Of a stretch of DNA of 64,000 bases, positions 22,767 to 35,762 are shown piece by piece (positions within the stretch are counted from its first letter, which is position 1; each line of letters begins with the position of its first letter). The position numbers and the translations under genes were made by a program. Location of the stretch: NCBI GenBank assembly GCA_051294375.1, contig JBJCIZ010000239.1, positions 3,530,461-3,594,460 of the forward strand, in the 5' to 3' direction. A model generated the notes under the pieces. That model was not told where the DNA came from. It did no database searches and saw only the letters and a program-made list of their open reading frames with translations. This DNA is from Paraspadella gotoi (lineage: Eukaryota > Animalia > Chaetognatha).

Positions 22767-25700
22767 TCACCCTCCGTCCCTCTTCCTTTTCTTCGTCTTC
22801 GGAATTTGACACAAAAACGATTGAATCTTCGAACATCGATTCGGCCACCATCCGAATTCCGCCGTGTATTTATTGGCCGCCACGCGAACGCAGGCCGCTT
22901 TGTCGTCGTCGTCGTCGTCCTCCGGCCGACAAGGCACGCCGCCCGGCTGGCCGCGCCACCATCCAAAGTCCAGGGTGACGTTACGGCCCCCGATCCACCG
23001 GAATTGGCGCCGCCCGTCGACGCAGACGCTTCGTCCGCTAATCCAACCGTTCCCGCCCTTTTTGTACCACTCTTCTCTGATGCGGAGCCAGGCCTCCTCG
23101 GACTCGAAGGTGGCGAGTTGACCTCCCTGAGGGGTTTGGGGGGGGATAGAGGGTGGGGAATAAAGGGGGGAGGGTGGAGATTAAAAAGGAGGTGAGGGTA
23201 AAGTGAAAGAATTGGAAGTAGGAAAGGGAAACGAAGGGTGACGAAAAATAAAGGCGATATTTGGATTTAGGTATGTAGTCGGGCATTGCCGAGATTCACC
23301 CCGCCTATAAGCCTATAAGCATGACACTTTCAGTTGTGACCCGGTAAAGCGTGAGGACGGCCGTAAGCCGCCTTGAGGATGTGGCAAACCCTCAAGCCTG
23401 GTTCCAAGCCCAAGGCCCGTTCCATGGCTGCTAGATTGAAAGCTTATTTTTATTTTGTAAGAGTGATGGCGGCCTTAAACCACCATAGCCTGTCCAAAGT
23501 TAGGGGCTAGAAAGCTTAGTTATTAAATGAATGGGGTAATTTTTATATTGGTTGTACCAATTTCATACATAGATTAAAATCTTGGAACATATTTATGACG
23601 ATTATCCAATAATTAAAGTACTATGGTAGAGTAGTCCATCAAGAAGCAAACCTTTTAAACAATAATAAATAAATAATAATAAATAATTATACTATTGAAC
23701 TCACTCCCTCTTCGCACGCTCTCTTCGCCTGCGCCCACGTGCTCTTATGCCCTTCCACGTGATAGCAAGTGTCGCCGAAAGGCTTCAAGTCTCTAAACTT
23801 CTCCGGACAATCCTCGTGCTCCACCGGTTCCGCCTCCGTGATGTTGAAGCGAAACGACTTCTTGCACATGAAGGCGGAGGCGCCGCCGCAGTTTTGGTCG
23901 TAGAACCAGAGGGAGCCGCCTTGGACGCCGGCGCCGGCGGAGACGGCGCCTCCGAGGCCGCCGCCCCGCCGCAGTTCCACGACGGTGCACTTTTCCGGAC
24001 GCTCGGGCGGCTGCTTGCGGCTGGGTTGACCTTTGACCCAGGGAATGGTGAAGGTGGGGATCTCTTTGCTGTGGTTCCACTGGTGGTGGGGGGTGGTTTT
24101 AAGAGGAAGTTTGATTAATTTATTAATTAATATATTAGAAAAAGTGATTGGATTAAAAGATTTGTTGATAGATTGATTACTTGATTGATTGATCTGTAGT
24201 AATAAATACGAAACAATGATAAAACAAAAGCTAAAAGGTGAAGAATGAAAAGAAAAGAAAAGAAAAGAAAAGAAAAGAAAAGAAAAGAAAAGAAAAGAAA
24301 AGAAAAGAAAAGAAAAGAAAAGAAAAGAAAAGAAAAGATAAGAAAAGAAAAGAAAAGGAACGAAAGGAACGATTCATTAATTTCAAATTAAAACAAACAA
24401 TAAAATCGAAACTTTAAAAAAAAAAATAAAAAAAAGAGACCCAAGCAAATCAAGCAAATCGAGGCGACCGACTCCGTCCCCTTAACTCACCTGGAACGGA
24501 TAAAGGTGAGCGTCGGAGATGTTGGGCGCGAAGGGCGAGGGTTCGAGTTTCGTGAGGTAAGTCCAGAAGAAGCCCGTCAACGGCATGTGCTTCAACTGCT
24601 CCGTGATGGACGTGAGTTCCTCTTTGGTTCGTATCTCCACGAGGATGGCGTCGTGGCGCTCGCAGAACTGCTCGTGGGAGGGAGGAGAAAGGGGGGGGGG
24701 AGGTATGGTAGGGAAGAAAAGGAAAAGCGGAAGTTAATTCATTTCAAAGAAAATATATCTGTCGAATATAAGGCCTCGGTAGCGCAGTAGGCAGCGCGTC
24801 AGTCTCATAATGGAATTGTCGTTCTCAAGATTGGGTAATCTGAAGGTCGTGAGTTCGATCCTCACCCGGGGCATATCTTTTATAAGAAGAAATATTTTTA
24901 CTGAAAGGGAATTCTTTTTGATAGTGTTGCTTTATCTAATTTCATTTTCATTAATTCGTGNNNNNNNNNNNNNNNNNNNNNNNNNNNNNNNNNNNNNNNN
25001 NNNNNNNNNNNNNNNNNNNNNNNNNNNNNNNNNNNNNNNNNNNNNNNNNNNNNNNNNNNNNNNNNNNNNNNNNNNNNNNNNNNNNNNNNNNNNNNNNNNN
25101 NNNNNNNNNNNNNNNNNNNNNNNNNNNNNNNNNNNNNNNNNNNNNNNNNNNNNNNNNNNNNNNNNNNNNNNNNNNNNNNNNNNNNNNNNNNNNNNNNNNN
25201 NNNNNNNNNNNNNNNNNNNCTGTCAAATTGTCTCTTTTATTTCAGAAAAAAAAAATTTCTACAAATTAAAACAGTTTCCACATCGTACAATAAAAAGGAA
25301 AGCGCCCAATAAGGGACTCGAACCCTCGACCGTCAGATTAAAAGTCTGATGCTCTACCGACTGAGCTAACCGGGCTTTTTGAATTGCGAATATTAGTATT
25401 TTAAAATAAATTTAACTAATAAATACTAAAANNNNNNNNNNAAGAAGAAATATTTTTTCTGAAAGGGAATTCTTTTTTATAGTGTTGCTTTATCTAATTT
25501 CATTTTCATTAATTCGTGCATTAATTCGTGATATGTTAAATTTTCAGTTTTCATTTTGATCTTTTTATTTTTGTCTCGCTCAATACTCATTTATTGTTTG
25601 AATGTCAAATTGTTTCAAATCGTTNNNNNNNNNNNNNNNNNNNNNNNNNNNNNNNNNNNNNNNNNNNNNNNNNNNNNNNNNNNNNNNNNNNNNNNNNNNN

Positions 25701-27428
25701 NNTTATCTTTTTATCGTCTTAACTGTCAAATTGTCTCTTTTACTTCAGAAAAAAAAATTTCTATAAATTAAAACAGTTTCCTCATCGGACGATAAAAGGA
25801 AAGCGCCCAATAAGGGACTCGAACCCTTGACCCTCAGATTAAAAGTCTGATGCTCTACCGACTGAGCTAACCGGGCTTTTTGAAATGTGAGTATTAGTAT
25901 TTTAAAATAAATTTACCTAATAAATACTAAAAAGGTAATTTGATACTTTTTTTTTACAAGCCGAAAGAAAAAAACAAACATAATACATTTTTTTTAACAA
26001 CAACGACAACATCGACAACAACAACAACAACAATGAACGGCTAACCCTCCTGGCCTCGTCGAAGGAAAAGGAAGCGTCCTTTGTATCCGTCTTGATGTAG
26101 GAATAACAGTATCCTCTGATGGGGAGGAAGTGGTTCATCCCCTCGGGACAGTTGGGGACGAGGAAGAAGAAGTAGAGGAATGAGAGGAGTACGACGACGA
26201 AGGAGAAGAGGAAGAGAGTCGTTTGGGAGAGGACAGAGTCCGGTCGACGCTCTTGTGGGCGGGCCGCCTTTGATGGAGAAGAGGGAGAGGGAGAGAGGGA
26301 GAGAGAAATAGGGTAGAATCGGATGGGATCAATCTATATATAGCACTCAATCAATCTCTTGGACAAAAAAAAAAAGTTAATCTCTAAGTGGTTCAATCAA
26401 TCAATCGGTCAAACGTTCGATCAATCAATAAAACAGTCGTTCGATCAATCAATCAATCGGTTAAACGTTTAATCAATCAATAAAATAGTTAAATCTGCTA
26501 ACGTTATTTAATCAAGCGATCGATTCATCTTTCAATTAATAAATATATCAATCGATACATGATTCATTTATTAAACGTTCTGTGTATCGATCGATCAATC
26601 AATCAACTCTTACAGCCGGCTCCTTGGCGAGGATCTTGTTCAGCGACTCCAGCAGTGAAGTGTCCAGCCTCTCGCCAACGGACAACAGCAGAGTGTTGAT
26701 GCGACCCAAAGTGTCGACGAGGATCTCAAGACTTGTCGAGACCTCTGTCGGAAAGAAGAGAAAAAATGATTACCTTTTGTTTTTTTGTTGTTCACGGACG
26801 TATGCACGTGAATCCAAAAAAATCTGAGTTTGGACGTAAATAGGTAAAACAACATAAGTATTTCTAAATAACTACGAAATGTAAATGAAATTTTTAAAAC
26901 TCAAACTAATTTCATATTGTTTTATTCCTGACATATACTTGTTTTAAGTACTGTTTTGAAAGTTCTCGTAAAAACAACATAAGTTATTTCTAAAATACTT
27001 CGAAATTGTAGATGAAATTTTAAAAAACTCAATCAATTTCATATGTTTAATTCCTCCTACATATAGTTGTCATTTAAGTACTGTTTTGAAAGTTTCGTCA
27101 TTTCTGTCTCTACGTTATTCCGTCTGCCTGCCTCCTTCCGCCCGTCTGTCTGTCCTTCCGGCTCGTTCTGTCATGTCCTTCACGCCCGTTTGTCTCTTAA
27201 ATCCCTGACCGACCTGTGTTATTTCTGCGTCGTAAGTACGAGGGTAGGGGCTCATCGGACGAGGATTCAAAATCCGTCCTCTCCGAAGTTCCGAGACGCT
27301 GTGTGTTGGAGGATTTTGAAGTCTCGACTTCGTCGGCCTTGCAAGCCCAGCCTCGAGTCGATCGTTGAAGACGACGACGGCACAGGAGGAGATACCCGGC
27401 GGGATCGAGCTTGAGGAGGGAGCAGGAT
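22767..27428 (-). CDS. C-type lectin domain protein with two tandem CTLDs, 5' end not found
   Basis: Exons 27428-27214, 26744-26614, 26267-26046, 24667-24491, 24079-23705 and 23126-22767 join in phase. CTLD1: CPEG...GYCYSY...FDEARRFCERHDAILVEI...FWT...WVKGQPS...EKCTVV...DQNCGGASAFMCKK. CTLD2: CPEK...FGDTCY...TWAQAKRACEEGGGQLATF...GWISG...FRW...WWRGQPG...ACV...WWPNRCSKIQSFLCQ. Confidence 0.85.
23277..23432 (+). mobile_element. SINE fragment in a lectin intron
   Basis: Matches the reverse complement of 11590-11846 with an internal deletion. Confidence 0.7.
24247..24356. repeat. (AAAAG)n microsatellite
   Basis: Directly visible in the sequence. Confidence 0.95.
24773..24873 (+). tRNA. tRNA-Met: Elongator tRNA-Met(CAT) with a 28-nt intron (24810-24837)
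   Basis: GCCTCGGTAGCGCAGTAGGCAGCGCGTCAGTCTCATA[intron]ATCTGAAGGTCGTGAGTTCGATCCTCACCCGGGGCA folds into an intact cloverleaf. A TTTT terminator follows. Confidence 0.93.
25303..25375 (-). tRNA. tRNA-Lys: tRNA-Lys(TTT)
   Basis: Reverse complement GCCCGGTTAGCTCAGTCGGTAGAGCATCAGACTTTTAATCTGACGGTCGAGGGTTCGAGTCCCTTATTGGGCG. Confidence 0.93.
25804..25876 (-). tRNA. tRNA-Lys: tRNA-Lys(TTT), second copy
   Basis: Reverse complement GCCCGGTTAGCTCAGTCGGTAGAGCATCAGACTTTTAATCTGAGGGTCAAGGGTTCGAGTCCCTTATTGGGCG. Confidence 0.93.
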
Positions 27429-30400
27429 CTGAGGGAAATAAGAATTTAATTGAAAGAGAATGGATGCAGAGAACGAAGTTAAGTAGGCAAGAAAGAGAAG
27501 ACATGGGTATTGTACAAGTACGTACTAATGGAGGTCCTATGAGTAGAAGAGAAGAAAGAAGAGAGATCGTCGAGTAGGGAAAACAGAGAGAAAGAAGAGA
27601 CAAAAGAAAAGAAATTTAGGGGATAGAGGATGAAAGGGGAAAAAAAAGGTGAGAGGAAAGGGGATACAGCGTGTATAAAAAAAAAAACAATAAAAAAAAA
27701 CAAATAAACAGAAAAAAATAAATAATAAAGAAAAGAAATAAAAAAATAACTAAAAATCAAAAACTAAAAAAACAAAAAAAATAAAAAAAAACGAGGACAA
27801 GAAGAGCAATCTATAGTCGTCTTATCTCCTCCAAAAAAAAAAAAAAAAAAACCAACAAAAAATCGCCAAAAATGTTACAAAAATCCGTCGTCTTATCACA
27901 TTTTATCGAATTTCACGATATTTTTATCGAATTTTATCTTAATAAGTTAAACTGAATTTTTATCGAATCTCGTGACGTAATTGTCTCTTCACAATCGCAT
28001 GTTGGTTTTTTAAGACGCGCGCGAGCTTCTGGCGACGTCGTCGTTCGTCTCGTCACGTCGTCGTCTTTCTTATTCCATGGCACTAGCTGAGCGCGCGAGC
28101 CTGGACCGTGGACACATGCATCTCTTTTTCGGTCTCGCTCGGTCGTCGTCGTCGTCCTCTTCGTCGTCGTCGTCGTTCCTCCGTTCGTCGTCGGTCGTTC
28201 GTCCGCTTCGTCGTCGTTCGTCGTCCTCTTCGTCCGTCGTTGGACGTCGTCGTCCTTATTAGTTGTCGTCGTCGCGTCCCTTTACGATGATGCATTGTTT
28301 GGTTTCAAAGACAGTTGCTCTTAAATCCTTCTTCGGCTGCAAGAGAGGCGAAATAGGGAGAGGGGGGTGGAGTGCGTGAGAGCTGAGAGAGAGCCGAGAG
28401 TGTGTCAGAGGAGGAGATGGTGTCGATACTAGAGATCGACTGACATGGGCGTCGATGAAAGTAGAGATGAGGAGCGTGCAGTAAGAGAAGAGGGAGGCAC
28501 AATTGTTATATTTGAAAAAGGGCCATCCAGGGTTAAGCCCTGCCTCCTTCCTTCATGTGCCGCCTTATATTAAGAGAGAGTGAGAAAAGAGCGGTAAATT
28601 CTCTTGACTCGCTAAGTCGATGCAGATTTCTTTCCTAAAAGTTAAAATTTTTATTCAAAATTGAATTGAGTTGATTTTAATTTTTGTCAATTAGACTGAT
28701 GACACACAATGAGCCAGATAAGAGTAGCGTAAATAATAGAAGTTGGAGAGCGAATCACAATTGGACTGATGAAAAGGTTCAGAGATATTAGGAGGAGATC
28801 GACTAGAGAACAATGCACTAGACTGTTGACAAGAGAACCTATAGCTCCTACTCGCATATAGGCCGAACGCAGTACACAAATCACTCATGAAGTACATTCT
28901 TTTTTTCTTTTTCGTGAATATGAGAGTGAGGTGAGGAGAGGCGGGGTATGGGGGTGGATATACTAGATAGGTTAAGGTGGCGGAGTAATAGTGTCCTAGC
29001 GTGTGCTTGACTGATGGGTACATTGATAACATGAAAATGAAATATAAAATAAGGACGGGATCGGACAAGAGAACTCAAATAAACTAGGTAAACATTATAA
29101 TAATTTGTACATAATATATAATTGTATAGACCAGAAAATTAAGAACTTAATTAAATCATTAAGAGCAAACTTTCAACAATGAGCTAAATAGACAGAGAAA
29201 AAACGTGATCTAACCGACAAGAAATTATAATAACATTCCAATTAAATGGTCTTTTCGCACATACTCGTGTCTCAAAGTATTCAAAAAGTGAAAAATTCCG
29301 GGAATGTCTTCTGTTACAACATTCACTACCTAAAAGAAATCAACAATACTCCAAAAAGCATTAAAAGCGTGAGGTGCAAACATCATAGCTCTTTCTTTTG
29401 TGAGCGTCGAAGAACAACTTTAATTTCCTAAACACATCAGCATCTACTTTCTATTTTGTGAAACGGCATCCCCTGACCCCACATTGGTCCCTGGCCTTGG
29501 ATCCATCGATTACTGCGACTAAAACCTTTACACACCTATAATCTGCTTCTTACCAACTCGTGGCCCTTCATGTTCCCTTTTTCTCTGTCTTCCCTGTAAT
29601 GTTTAGTTATTACGGATTTATACAAAATTAATTAATTCCTTATAAAAATATTTTTCATCGAAGAGTAAATATAATATATTATTGATATCAACAGAATTTT
29701 TACTAACAAAACTGTATTTTAATCCTTACTTTTTTCTTCTTAACTATTCAAATATTATGATTACGATTATAAAACTCAAACGAAAAAAGTGCGTAAAAGC
29801 ACGGAAATAACATTATTAACCTTATCTTTAATCTTCTTATCTTTCAACCAAAAGAAACTATAACTCCCGTTGAGCAATTCAGAAAATATTAGCGATTTCG
29901 TACGTCTCGTTAGTTTATCGAATCCCTTTTAAGTAACGGCAGGTAATGAATGTGTATGCGATCTCTAAATGAAGTTAGGTTAAGGAAAGGGAGGAAAGAT
30001 TGATAAGTTGTTTCGCCGCCACTGCTCAACACGTGGCCGAAAAATAATAAGCCCCAGACGCCGATGTCCAGTGTTCAAATAATAATAGAGTAGCTTGAGC
30101 CAAAGTAGACGCTTCCAGACTACTATATGCGTACTCTATTCTGCCAACCTTCAGCAGCTAATGGAACTAGCCCTTGGTAGTTTTCTACGGCCCCGAAGGC
30201 GCGTTTACGGCCGTTCTAAAGTTTCAGCTGGGATATAGACACGGGATATTGGGAGGTACTGAACTCATAGTACCCTTGTCGGCGTGAGGCTTATGCTGCT
30301 CCTAATTGAGCCCGGGTCACGACTGAAGAAAATATGCTTTAATATTGCTTATTGCTTAAATCCTTAATTAAGAGCTGCGGAACAGTGAACTGACGATACA

Positions 30401-32572
30401 CCCGACTGACAGAAAGTCTCTACCTACTGTGTTTACTATTTGTGTAAGAGCGTACATATTAATACTTCAAAAATAGTTTTTTCTTTCCTCTTTTTCATCG
30501 CTAACATAAAAATCCTCCCTCACCCTCGCAGTTTTATGTCAAATTTCTGGTTGTACATCAGTTTGCATGTTTAACACTCAAGGAAATAACTGACTCCCGT
30601 TTCAAAGCGCTTTAAACTCTCGCCAGGAAGCGACTCCATCTTTACGAGATAGCGACGAGCAAGCGTCGGAGCGGCGAGTCACTACTCGGCCATTCGTCCC
30701 AGGTCGGCAGGTAAGCCGCAACTCGTACCCCACCGCAGCTCCTCCATACTCGTAACACGGAGTCCTCCTCCATCGTACAAACGCGATGTGACATATCGTG
30801 CTTAATAGATCGAGCACTGTGCGAACTCTCTTAATCTCACGCAGCGACACTGAGAAGCACGATTCATCAAGACGGGAGTAGGATCGTGCAGGAGCAAGAG
30901 CGAGAGATGCCCCGAGAAGATGCGTCAGTCATCAAGAGAGAAAATCTGCAGAGCGAACCGTGCGACATTGCAGAGCACTCTCATCCGAGTGCGTGTTCAC
31001 CTCTCTCTAGAAAGATACTTTCACCAGACTGTCTTCTCCCTAGGAGCAACAAAATAGTGACGCGGCTGAGATTCCCTCCCTCGTCTCTTCTGGAGATTTT
31101 CTCGCTCCACTCTTCTTCTTATGCGTGTCCTCTCCGCTCTTACAATACTGCGTCTCTCTCTTGGCTTTATTTTGATTCGCTGTGTTCGATCTCTGCTTCA
31201 TACAAGAGTTCGTTATAGTCGCCAGCAACATACCCTGCACGATGCACGCGGGTGCAGATTTTCGTGATTCAGGAGCGTTTATGGAAGAGACCACATTAGT
31301 CATGTGAGAAAGATTCCAATCAGAATAAGCAATTAGCGAGATCCCAATATCAGCATTTCGAGAGATCATTACCACAGGCATACACGGTGGTATCTTTAAT
31401 AACACTCTATACCTGTCTCGGAATAATGTGTGTCCGGTTAAATCCTTCGCACATACTCCTCGAGAGAAACGATGACCACTTGCACTTTCCAGTGAGGCTA
31501 ATATATGGTGTTTGCTCTCATATTAGCTCCTCTCCTCCATAAGAGTCGCGAGCGCTCATGCTTCTTCGCAGAAATCCAGTTTTAATATTGTTGCCAATCT
31601 CTAATAGGTGAATAGCTCTCGCTCCTCAACGTTACGGCAGCACCAGAGCACCGAAAACAGCCATTTCTGTACTCGTTTCTACTGAAGCCTGCATTTATCT
31701 CTTGACTTAGCTTTATATGTTTATTGTTTTCTTAATACAAATTTTTTTTTTACTTTTTCAAAATCTCAGGCGAAATCCTCAGTCGACTCTCGGCGGGAAG
31801 GAACAGCTTGACTTGCAGATACCAAAGATCCTCTTCTATGAGTCATCCCCAACTGCCTATTCGCGGGTCGCTAGACTATTATACCATCGCTCTCTGTTGA
31901 CGTGGAAATCGCCTTAACATCGGCCTCTTTCATCGCCTTACTGTCGCCTAAAACGCTTAATAATCTGCTCGGTCCGCACTTCGGCCTACCACACGTTCCG
32001 CTTGCTTGACTTCGATTCGATCACGTACGGCACACGTGCAACACTTGACCTCTACAATGCGCCTCGTGTGCAAACGACCTCGCGAGCTTCTGGTGAATTT
32101 CCCACCAACTGTAGCTGCCCAGACTCGAAACGTCCGCCTTCTGTAGCCATCGTCCTTACTTTTATAGCTCCTTCAAATCTACCTTTTACTAATTGATCAG
32201 CAACCCTAGCTTACACAGCCGCTTGAACATCGTGGCTTTTGCCGATTCTTGCGCGCTAGGCTTCCAGACAATCGCCTTGGATTGTATAACTCGACGTCCG
32301 AGGAACGGGATAAACCATACTAAGGAACGTTTAAGTATCTCGACACCTCTAGATGTGGATCAAAGTCCATGTGTGTGCCGCATATATCCCCGACCTGCGT
32401 GCTTTTAGCAAAAACCCCCATTCCATCTTAAAACGCTCACACTACACCGCGGCACATCACTCCCTTGATGGTGCTTTCCTTCTTTCTCCCTCACGCCTTG
32501 CGCTCCAAGATTACCGCGTATCTGCAAGCACCGCGAGACGGAGGCTCGCCGAACCTCGGAATTCTCCCACGA

Positions 32573-33540
32573 ATGGGCCAAACCGTGCTCTCCCCGGCCG
32601 TACACCCCGCCCGGGACGGGATCGAGTCCATCCGCTTCCGTAAACGGTGCCCTCGCAACGCGAGTGAACGGCCGGAGTCACCTCGCGTTCCGACTCGTTG
32701 CTGGTGGACCTGCTCTCTCCGGTCAGAGGCATGGTCCTCACCTGCCTACACGGCGCCCGTAGGTGGAAGCACGCTCCTCCGTGCTCGGAGGACTTGTGCT
32801 CCGTTCCGGAGTTTCGTCTAGCCTCGCATACTCGCCGAGGTTCCTCTGAGGCGCATCACCTTGCTCTCCTTCCCGCGCTCTTGGTTGTCGTGACTCGTGA
32901 AACGGGCCAGTTCGTTCGGGCGATTTCAGTCTCGCCGACAGAGCCGTCTCAGGCGTTCGTCTGGGCGACCATCGGCAGCTCTCTAAGTCTCGCAGTGCAC
33001 GCGTGTTATACACAGAGAGAGACATGAGCCGGACGCGGTGGGGCAGACAAGTCGGCCGGTCCGCATTTCTGGCCATCTTTGCTCCTGGATTATCGCCAGG
33101 TTGTCCGAATCTTGTTGGAGAGTGCGCGTGCGGTGGCGTGCGCGTCTAGGCTTTGCGCGTGTGGGTCGCCACCTTTTCCGCTCGCGCGACATTGCGGGAG
33201 GTGTGTCGTCGAAGGTTAGGCAATGGGGAGTGTGAGTGCGTGCGCGCGAAGGGTTTCGTGGTGGTCTCGCGGGGCTCTGCGTGCGTTGCGTATGGCCATT
33301 CGGCTCTGCCTGGAGGCGTGCGGGCTGCGCTTGTCCCCGGGCGCTCGGCGGTGGTCGTCTAACGGGGCGGAATGTTGGCTCAAGCCGGCGGCGATGTTGC
33401 GCATTGTCTCCTCTCTGGTCCTCGCCTGAGCTGAGAAGGCGTTGAGGGCATTCGTGGAGTGCAGCTGTGCTGTGAACGACTTTTTCGTATAAATTCGAGA
33501 CAGGAACCGTGGGTAGAATATTTGCATTTCATTTCAGGTA
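32573..33540 (+). pseudogene. Error-riddled duplicate of CHP exon 1
   Basis: ATGGGCCAAACC...GATCGAGTCCATCCGC and TTTCATTTCAGGTA match 42363-42765 with many insertions. Confidence 0.5.
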
Positions 33541-35501
33541 TAAACAATTTGTTTTGTATAGGAGGGGAGGTAGAGGGGCCGGGGGGTTCGAGCCTTCCGC
33601 CATTTCTCCGTTTCGGTCCTCTTCTCCTTTTTTCACAGAATTTGCTTTGGACATGTGCTTTTATTTTTTCTCGCGTGGGAGCGGGTGGCGGTAGTTGATT
33701 TAAGCGTGGGGCGATTTCGATTTTCGATTTTCAAAGTTTCGTTTCGCAAACGGGAGTTTTCTTTTGATAGTGCTGGCAAAATCGATTTTCCTCCAAGATT
33801 ATCTGTGTCCAGGACTATGTCTTGAAAGATTGTGACCCTTGAGAAGCCCAGGCAATGAGCGCGCCGCATCTCGATATCCAGCGTAGTGTGCTAAATAACT
33901 TCTATGCAACTATTTAACTGATGTGGAATTAAATTCTAAAAGAGATGAGGAACGAACAACCATTATACGTAATCGAACTATTTATGTAATAAAAAAAATT
34001 TATTATTAAGTAAATCTTACAAATATTACGCAGTAGGGCCAGTATTATTGTTATTTATACTAGGGTACTAAACCCAATAAATTCATAATTTATAAACTCT
34101 TCTCTCAAACATATAGCCCTGGTTGCTTTGTTTAAATATTTTTTTTCTAGGAATATGAAGATTCGTTCAATCAAAAGCTAAGTACATTGCCAACAAAAAG
34201 GAAATTAACCAGGGCTTTCTTCAATTAACCCAACCTAAAAATCTTTCATTAAGTATGTCAAAAAAATTTAGAAAAAAGCTATATTTGTAAACTGAAAATT
34301 AACTTTTGTATACTATTAAAATATAATTCATTTTTAAATTTGTAGACTCTCACCCACCTTTAACATCGCACTACAGGAAGGCTGTGAGGAACGGCCCTTA
34401 GCCGCCTTTGTGGGCTATGTGCAATAACCCTTCAAGCCTGAGTTTCCAAGACCCAGGGACCACGTTCTTCATGGGATTTATATTTTCTGTTCTAGCTCAA
34501 CTTTTGACGAGTTGGAGAATTCAAAATCGGGCAATCAAAAGAGAGAGTAGAAAAGGGGTCCTATTTTATAATTATGTTATTCGATATTGATTTATAATGG
34601 AATGGAGATTCAAGTTACTTTACTCAAGTCATTAACTAATAATGCAGCTGCCTACCTTGCGAATAAATTTATACCAAAAAATAGAATCCTCTGATACAAT
34701 AAAATTAGGTTCATCTCTCTAATTTTTTTACAACCAAGATATAATTGAAGAATGTTTCGCACTAGAACCGGACTCTATGTCTTAGTATATGAAAAGTTGG
34801 TTGAAATAAAAAAATAACACACATCGACCGTCGACAAAGGAATTAAGTCGATTGGATTTAATTTAAATTGATATTGTTTGTTAATATATTAACTACTTGA
34901 AAGTCAATAACAAAGCAAAACGTGGGTTATTTCNNNNNNNNNNNNNNNNNNNNNNNNNCGTTGAGAAACGAGAAATCCTACAACCGATGCGAATTTCAGG
35001 ACTAAGTACTTTTTACAAGGAAACGGCGCAGCCACTGGTTTAATCGAATTGAGAAAATAAGAAACTTGACTGACAGAAAAAATGAGTCGCCAATAAAATT
35101 TATAAATATTAAAACCGTTTTTTTTTCGTCTCAGGATTCAAAAAGTGTACTGAATTGTAATTAAATTAGTAATTCAAAGTTGTTGTGCAAGAGCACTTTT
35201 TTTTCGCGTGAGCGCATCTCGAGTTGATTACTTGACTACGCAAATATCATTTAAGTAAGTAGACAGATANNNNNNNNNNNNNNNNNNNNNNNNNCATTAA
35301 TTCGTGATAGTTAAATTTTCAGTTTTCAATTTTGATCTTATTAATATTTTGTCTGCTCAATACTCATTATTGTTTGATGTCAAATTGTTTTCAAATCGTT
35401 TTATCTTTGTATTCGTCTTAACTGTCAAATTGTCTCTTTACTCAGAAAAAAAAAATTTCTATAAATTTAAAAACAGTTCCTCATCGGACGATAAAGGAAA
35501 G

Positions 35502-35578
35502 CGCCCAATAAGGCGACTCGAACCCTTGACCCTCAGATTAAAAGTTTCTGAGCTCTACCGACTGAGCTGGAACCGGGC
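35502..35578 (-). pseudogene. Degraded tRNA-Lys(TTT) duplicate
   Basis: Same as 25804-25876 with several indels, likely read errors. Confidence 0.7.
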
Positions 35579-35762
35579 TTTTTTGAAATGTAGTATTAGT
35601 ATTTAAATATAAATTTACCAATAAAATACTAAAAAGGTAATTTGATACTTTTTTTTAACAAGTGAAAAAGCAAAAAAAAAACAAACAATATACATTTTTT
35701 TTAACAAACAACGACCAACATCCGACACACAACAACAACCAACAAACAACTGAACGGCTAAC

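Larger units (their letters stand above)
25505..34933. repeat. Second duplication, copy 1 (paired with 35295-43235); 29.6-34.9 kb is error-rich
   Basis: Near-identical core at an offset of about 9750. Beyond 29.6 kb only noisy anchors match, for example 34830-34930 vs 43135-43230. Confidence 0.85.

Noticed and set aside
24810-25349. ORFs spanning N runs, here and at 39.5-41.4 kb and 48.7-49.1 kb
   Set aside because: They are open only because of assembly gaps.
28077-28295. Arg-rich or Ser-rich ORFs
   Set aside because: These are low-complexity (GTC)n translations with no supported splice link. At most they are UTR.
30600-33870. Dense cluster of short overlapping ORFs suggesting a viral or foreign insert
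   Set aside because: Anchors match 40.4-42.8 kb, so this is an error-rich duplicate read.
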